Of a DNA stretch of 64,000 nucleotides, positions 60,759 to 64,000 are shown piece after piece; position 1 is the stretch's first letter; each line of letters opens with the position of its first letter. The DNA comes from an uncultured Spirochaetota bacterium. Its GTDB lineage: Bacteria > Spirochaetota > UBA4802 > UBA5550. Below the pieces are notes generated by a model. It saw only the letters and a list, made by a program, of their open reading frames with translations. It was not told the DNA's origin and made no database searches. Location: assembly GCA_963827275.1 (NCBI GenBank), contig CAWHAA010000002.1, forward strand, positions 224,001 to 288,000. Reading direction: 5' to 3'. Position numbers and translations under genes: made by a program.

Positions 60759-62019
60759 AAACGGCCGGCTTATAGACCCGGCATCGAAGACGGACGGGGC
60801 GCTGGACCTCCTCGTGGAGGACGACCGGATAGCGGATATCGCGCCGAAGATCACGGCGCGGAGCGATTACGGCGTCATCGACGCAGCGGGCTGTCTGGTG
60901 CTTCCGGGGCTCATAGACATGCATGTCCATTTCCGCGAGCCTGGCCGCGAAGACGTGGAGACGATATACGGCGGTTCGAAGGTGGCGGCCAAGAGCGGCT
61001 TCACCTCGGTGTGCACCATGCCGAACACCGACCCGGTCATCGACAACCAGGCGCTGGTGCGCTTCATCAAGCTGGAGGCCGAGAAGGGGCCGATCAACGT
61101 CTTCCCCGCCGCCACCATAACGAAGGGGATGAAGGGGGAGGAGATCTCCGAAATGGGTGAGCTGATCAGCGCCGGGGCGGTGGCCTTCACCGACGACGGG
61201 CTGCCCGTGATGAGCTCAATCCTGATGCGGCGCGCCCTCGAGTATTCGCGCATGTTCGGCGTTCCCATCATCACCCACTCCGAGGACCTCGGGCTGACCG
61301 ACGACGGCATCATGAACGAAGGAAAAAACTCGACGCTCCTGGGCCTGAAGGGCATCCCCTCCGAGGCGGAAGAGGTGATGATCGCGCGCGACGTGATCCT
61401 CACCCGCCTGTCGGGCGGCAGGCTCCATGTCGCCCATGTCTCGTCCGGGGGATCGGTCGAGATCATCAGGCGCGCCAAGAGCGACGGGATAACGGTGACC
61501 TGCGAAACGGCGCCCCATTATTTCTCCCTCACCGATGACGCGGTCGCGGAGTACCTGTCGATGGCGAAGATGAAGCCGCCCCTCAGGACGGATGACGACC
61601 GCAAGGCGATCATCGAGGGGCTCCGGCGCGGCATCATCGACGTGATCGCGACCGACCACGCCCCCCATTCCATGAATGAAAAAATGCAGGAGCTCGAGTA
61701 CGCGCCGTTCGGCATCATCGGGCTCGAGACCGCGGTGCCGCTCATCATAACGGTGCTGGTGCGGGAAAACGGCTTTTCATATATCGAGGCCTTTGAAAAG
61801 GTTACCGCGAACCCCGCCAGGATCCTGAAGATCGACCGGGGCGTACTGAAGCCCGGTAAAATCGCCGACATCACCATCATCGACCCCGAGCGGAAGGTCC
61901 AGGTCACCGAGGACTTCATACTTTCCAAATGCAAAAACACCCCCTTTCTCGGCAGGGAGCTGTACGGGTCGGTGCAGCACACGCTGTGCAATGGCAACGT
62001 GGTCTATTCCCGCCGGTGA
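60742..62019 (+). CDS. pyrC: Dihydroorotase
   Basis: PGLIDMHVHFREPG, MPNT, FTDDG, HVAHVS, KMKPPLR, IATDHAPH, PFGIIGLET. Confidence 0.97.
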   Translation: MKIVIKNGRLIDPASKTDGALDLLVEDDRIADIAPKITARSDYGVIDAAGCLVLPGLIDMHVHFREPGREDVETIYGGSKVAAKSGFTSVCTMPNTDPVIDNQALVRFIKLEAEKGPINVFPAATITKGMKGEEISEMGELISAGAVAFTDDGLPVMSSILMRRALEYSRMFGVPIITHSEDLGLTDDGIMNEGKNSTLLGLKGIPSEAEEVMIARDVILTRLSGGRLHVAHVSSGGSVEIIRRAKSDGITVTCETAPHYFSLTDDAVAEYLSMAKMKPPLRTDDDRKAIIEGLRRGIIDVIATDHAPHSMNEKMQELEYAPFGIIGLETAVPLIITVLVRENGFSYIEAFEKVTANPARILKIDRGVLKPGKIADITIIDPERKVQVTEDFILSKCKNTPFLGRELYGSVQHTLCNGNVVYSRR

Positions 62020-62208
62020 CCCATGGGCGTATAATTCATATCCCGGCCGGACGCCGACCTGTAATACCTTTGTATAAAATAACCTGCCGGCTCAATATTG
62101 CAGATTTATCCTTGACACGCGAAAATCCGCGCGCCTATACTTGACCTCTCGTGCGCGGCCATGTGTGTCCCGTACGATCTGATCGATAACAGTTCACGAG
62201 GAGGAAAT

Positions 62209-62490
62209 ATGCGTTTACTTTCGGCTCTGGTGATTATCATGATGGTTTCCGCCCTTGCGGTCTCATGCAAGAAAAAGGAGATGACCCTTGAGGACTACGC
62301 GAAAATAGAGATCGAGATCAACCTGCCGGACCCGGCGCTCGATGAAGCGAAGGTCGGCGAGGTAGCCGGTAAATACGGCTATGACTACCGGCAGTACAAG
62401 GACATGTTCGACAAGGTGCAGAAGGACGCCGCGCTCAAGGAAAAGCTCGGCGAAATGAGGCTCCAGGAGCAGAAGGCGGAAGGCAAGTAG
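62209..62490 (+). CDS. Small lipoprotein
   Basis: RBS GAGGAGG; lipobox AVSC. Confidence 0.8.
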   Translation: MRLLSALVIIMMVSALAVSCKKKEMTLEDYAKIEIEINLPDPALDEAKVGEVAGKYGYDYRQYKDMFDKVQKDAALKEKLGEMRLQEQKAEGK

Positions 62491-62523
62491 CCCCGTCCTG
62501 ACGGCGCGGCGCACCGCCGCTGG

Positions 62524-63363
62524 TTACCTGACGTCCAGGAGCCGCGCCGCGTTCATCCCCAGAATATCAGCTTTCCATCCCCTTTCGGGGACCGCTCTGT
62601 CAATCGAATCCAGGTAACGCCTGTGCGTAAGGAGCGGGTAATCGCTGCCAAAGAGTATCCTTCCCGGGCCGACGATCCGTGCGGCGGTCCCGTACATTTC
62701 ATCCGAATAGAGATACGGTGAGGCGGCGGTGTCATAGTAGCAGTGCGCCAGCCCCTTCGATACCTCCGGCATGAGCTCGTAAAACAGCAGGCCGCCCCCC
62801 CAGTGTGACAGGATGATCGTGGCCTCCGGAACAGCGGCCAGCGTTTCGAAAAGCCAGCCCAGGTCGGGGTCATACTTCCCCGGGTAGCGGTGCCCCACCG
62901 GCTCGTTCACGTGCAGGCAGAGGGGGAGCCCGCATGCCTGGACCGCGGCGAGCAGGCGCACCAGGTGGCGGCGGTTCCCCGGCGTCATGCCGTCGCGGTA
63001 GAAGCCCGCCTCGCCCACGCCGGCAAGCCCCATCTCCTTGATCGACCGCACCCACGCCTCGACGTCGGCCGTGCCGTTCACCGGGACCGACCCGAACGGC
63101 AGGACGGCGCCGCCGGAAAGGCGCATAACGTCAGCGAAGTATTCATTCTGCGCGGCGCAGAGGTCGTCGCGTTCCCAGGGGAAGCCCATCGCCACGGCGC
63201 GGTCGATGCCGGACAATCTCATCGACTCCATGAGCGCGCGGTGATCCACGAGGGCGGATTTCCGGTCTTCGTGTATCACACGGAACTGGCGGTCGGCGAG
63301 GGCGCTCTCCCTGTCATCGCAGATGTCGCGGCTGAAGATGTGGGTGTGAACATCTATGACCAT
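62524..63363 (-). CDS. Amidohydrolase-2 family protein
   Basis: IDVHTH, GVGE, LHVNEP, LSHWGG, YDTAA, LFGSDYP. Confidence 0.92.
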   Translation of the reverse strand: MVIDVHTHIFSRDICDDRESALADRQFRVIHEDRKSALVDHRALMESMRLSGIDRAVAMGFPWERDDLCAAQNEYFADVMRLSGGAVLPFGSVPVNGTADVEAWVRSIKEMGLAGVGEAGFYRDGMTPGNRRHLVRLLAAVQACGLPLCLHVNEPVGHRYPGKYDPDLGWLFETLAAVPEATIILSHWGGGLLFYELMPEVSKGLAHCYYDTAASPYLYSDEMYGTAARIVGPGRILFGSDYPLLTHRRYLDSIDRAVPERGWKADILGMNAARLLDVR

Positions 63364-63473
63364 GGCAGTGGATGGTATCCGATGATCGCGGCGGCTTCAA
63401 TAAGTTTTTTATTTGACTTTATAAAATTATTGCTTTACCTTTCTTTCGGGACAGGCCTATGATCGGTGCAGCG

Positions 63474-64000
63474 ATGAAGAAACACGCGACATTGTATGTT
63501 TTGATCTGCCTTCTGGCGGCGGTTGTTCCCGGCGCGCGCGCCGCCGCTGCATCATTTACCATGGGCAGGATGCAGACCGTCGGTTCCGACGGATCGCTTG
63601 ACGCGACCCTGAGCCCGTCCCTCCTGACGGCGCAACGGACCGACAACGCCATAGGAGTCCTCCTGCTCTATGCTCCCTTCGCGTCTCACGGGTACGCGTA
63701 TGATCATTACCGGGATTCATCCTTCCTGAGGAACCTGACGCTCGACGCCGCCTACAGCGCCGGGAGCGTGCTCCTCTCCTACAGCAGAAAAACGCCGGCC
63801 GGCATTGTGGGACTTGCGCTTGATACCGATGACACTTACGGGGGCGAGTCCAGGCGCTATAAACGGGCCTATGCCGGCATCTGGATGGGAACTATCTCCT
63901 ACACCGAGATCAAGGGCAAAACGATGGCGATGTCGCCCCGTGCCGTTTTTTCCTTCGGCGGGACGGTGAAGGGAGAACATTCATTGGGAGTGCAGTGCGC
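63474..64000 (+). CDS. Exported protein, possibly outer-membrane barrel (partial, runs off the window)
   Basis: Frame open to the window end: MKKHATLYVLICLLAAVVPGARA..FTMGRMQTV..LSPSLL..; absent from the ORF track because it has no stop. Confidence 0.65.
   Translation, partial: MKKHATLYVLICLLAAVVPGARAAAASFTMGRMQTVGSDGSLDATLSPSLLTAQRTDNAIGVLLLYAPFASHGYAYDHYRDSSFLRNLTLDAAYSAGSVLLSYSRKTPAGIVGLALDTDDTYGGESRRYKRAYAGIWMGTISYTEIKGKTMAMSPRAVFSFGGTVKGEHSLGVQC

Overview
A 64-kb, mostly GC-rich chromosomal segment of a spirochaete that appears related to Leptospira. This is inferred from a clear Loa22-like OmpA lipoprotein, a Leptospira-type LexA recognition helix, and a 23S rRNA gene not followed by 5S. 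The window opens with the 3' half of a 23S rRNA gene and is otherwise densely coding. It holds housekeeping genes (ychF, lexA, fsa/tal, two-subunit fumarate hydratase, cfa, ctpA, tsaD, radC, nadB, tatD, pyrB, pyrC) and many envelope and signalling genes. Highlights: (1) a 1334-aa single-chain fusion of a GldF-like ABC-2 permease, an SGNH domain and an MBOAT ending in the FIYFQF acyl-shuttle motif; (2) a FecR / small exported protein / outer-membrane barrel / CHASE2 adenylate cyclase cluster that looks like a trans-envelope cAMP signalling system; (3) two probable pseudo-enzymes, a GlpX lacking most metal ligands and an exported TPR-CHAT lacking its His/Cys dyad; (4) an AT-rich toxin-antitoxin module bracketed by two ~115-bp self-complementary direct repeats next to a truncated chemoreceptor fragment; (5) an ATP-grasp / FMN alpha-hydroxy-acid dehydrogenase fusion; (6) an orphan SiaB/SiaC-like pair facing a PilZ gene. 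Five genes carry frameshifts, mostly single extra bases, which most likely reflect consensus errors in the assembly. I found no CRISPR array, integrase, transposase, prophage or tRNA. All family calls come from recognising motifs by eye, not from database searches.
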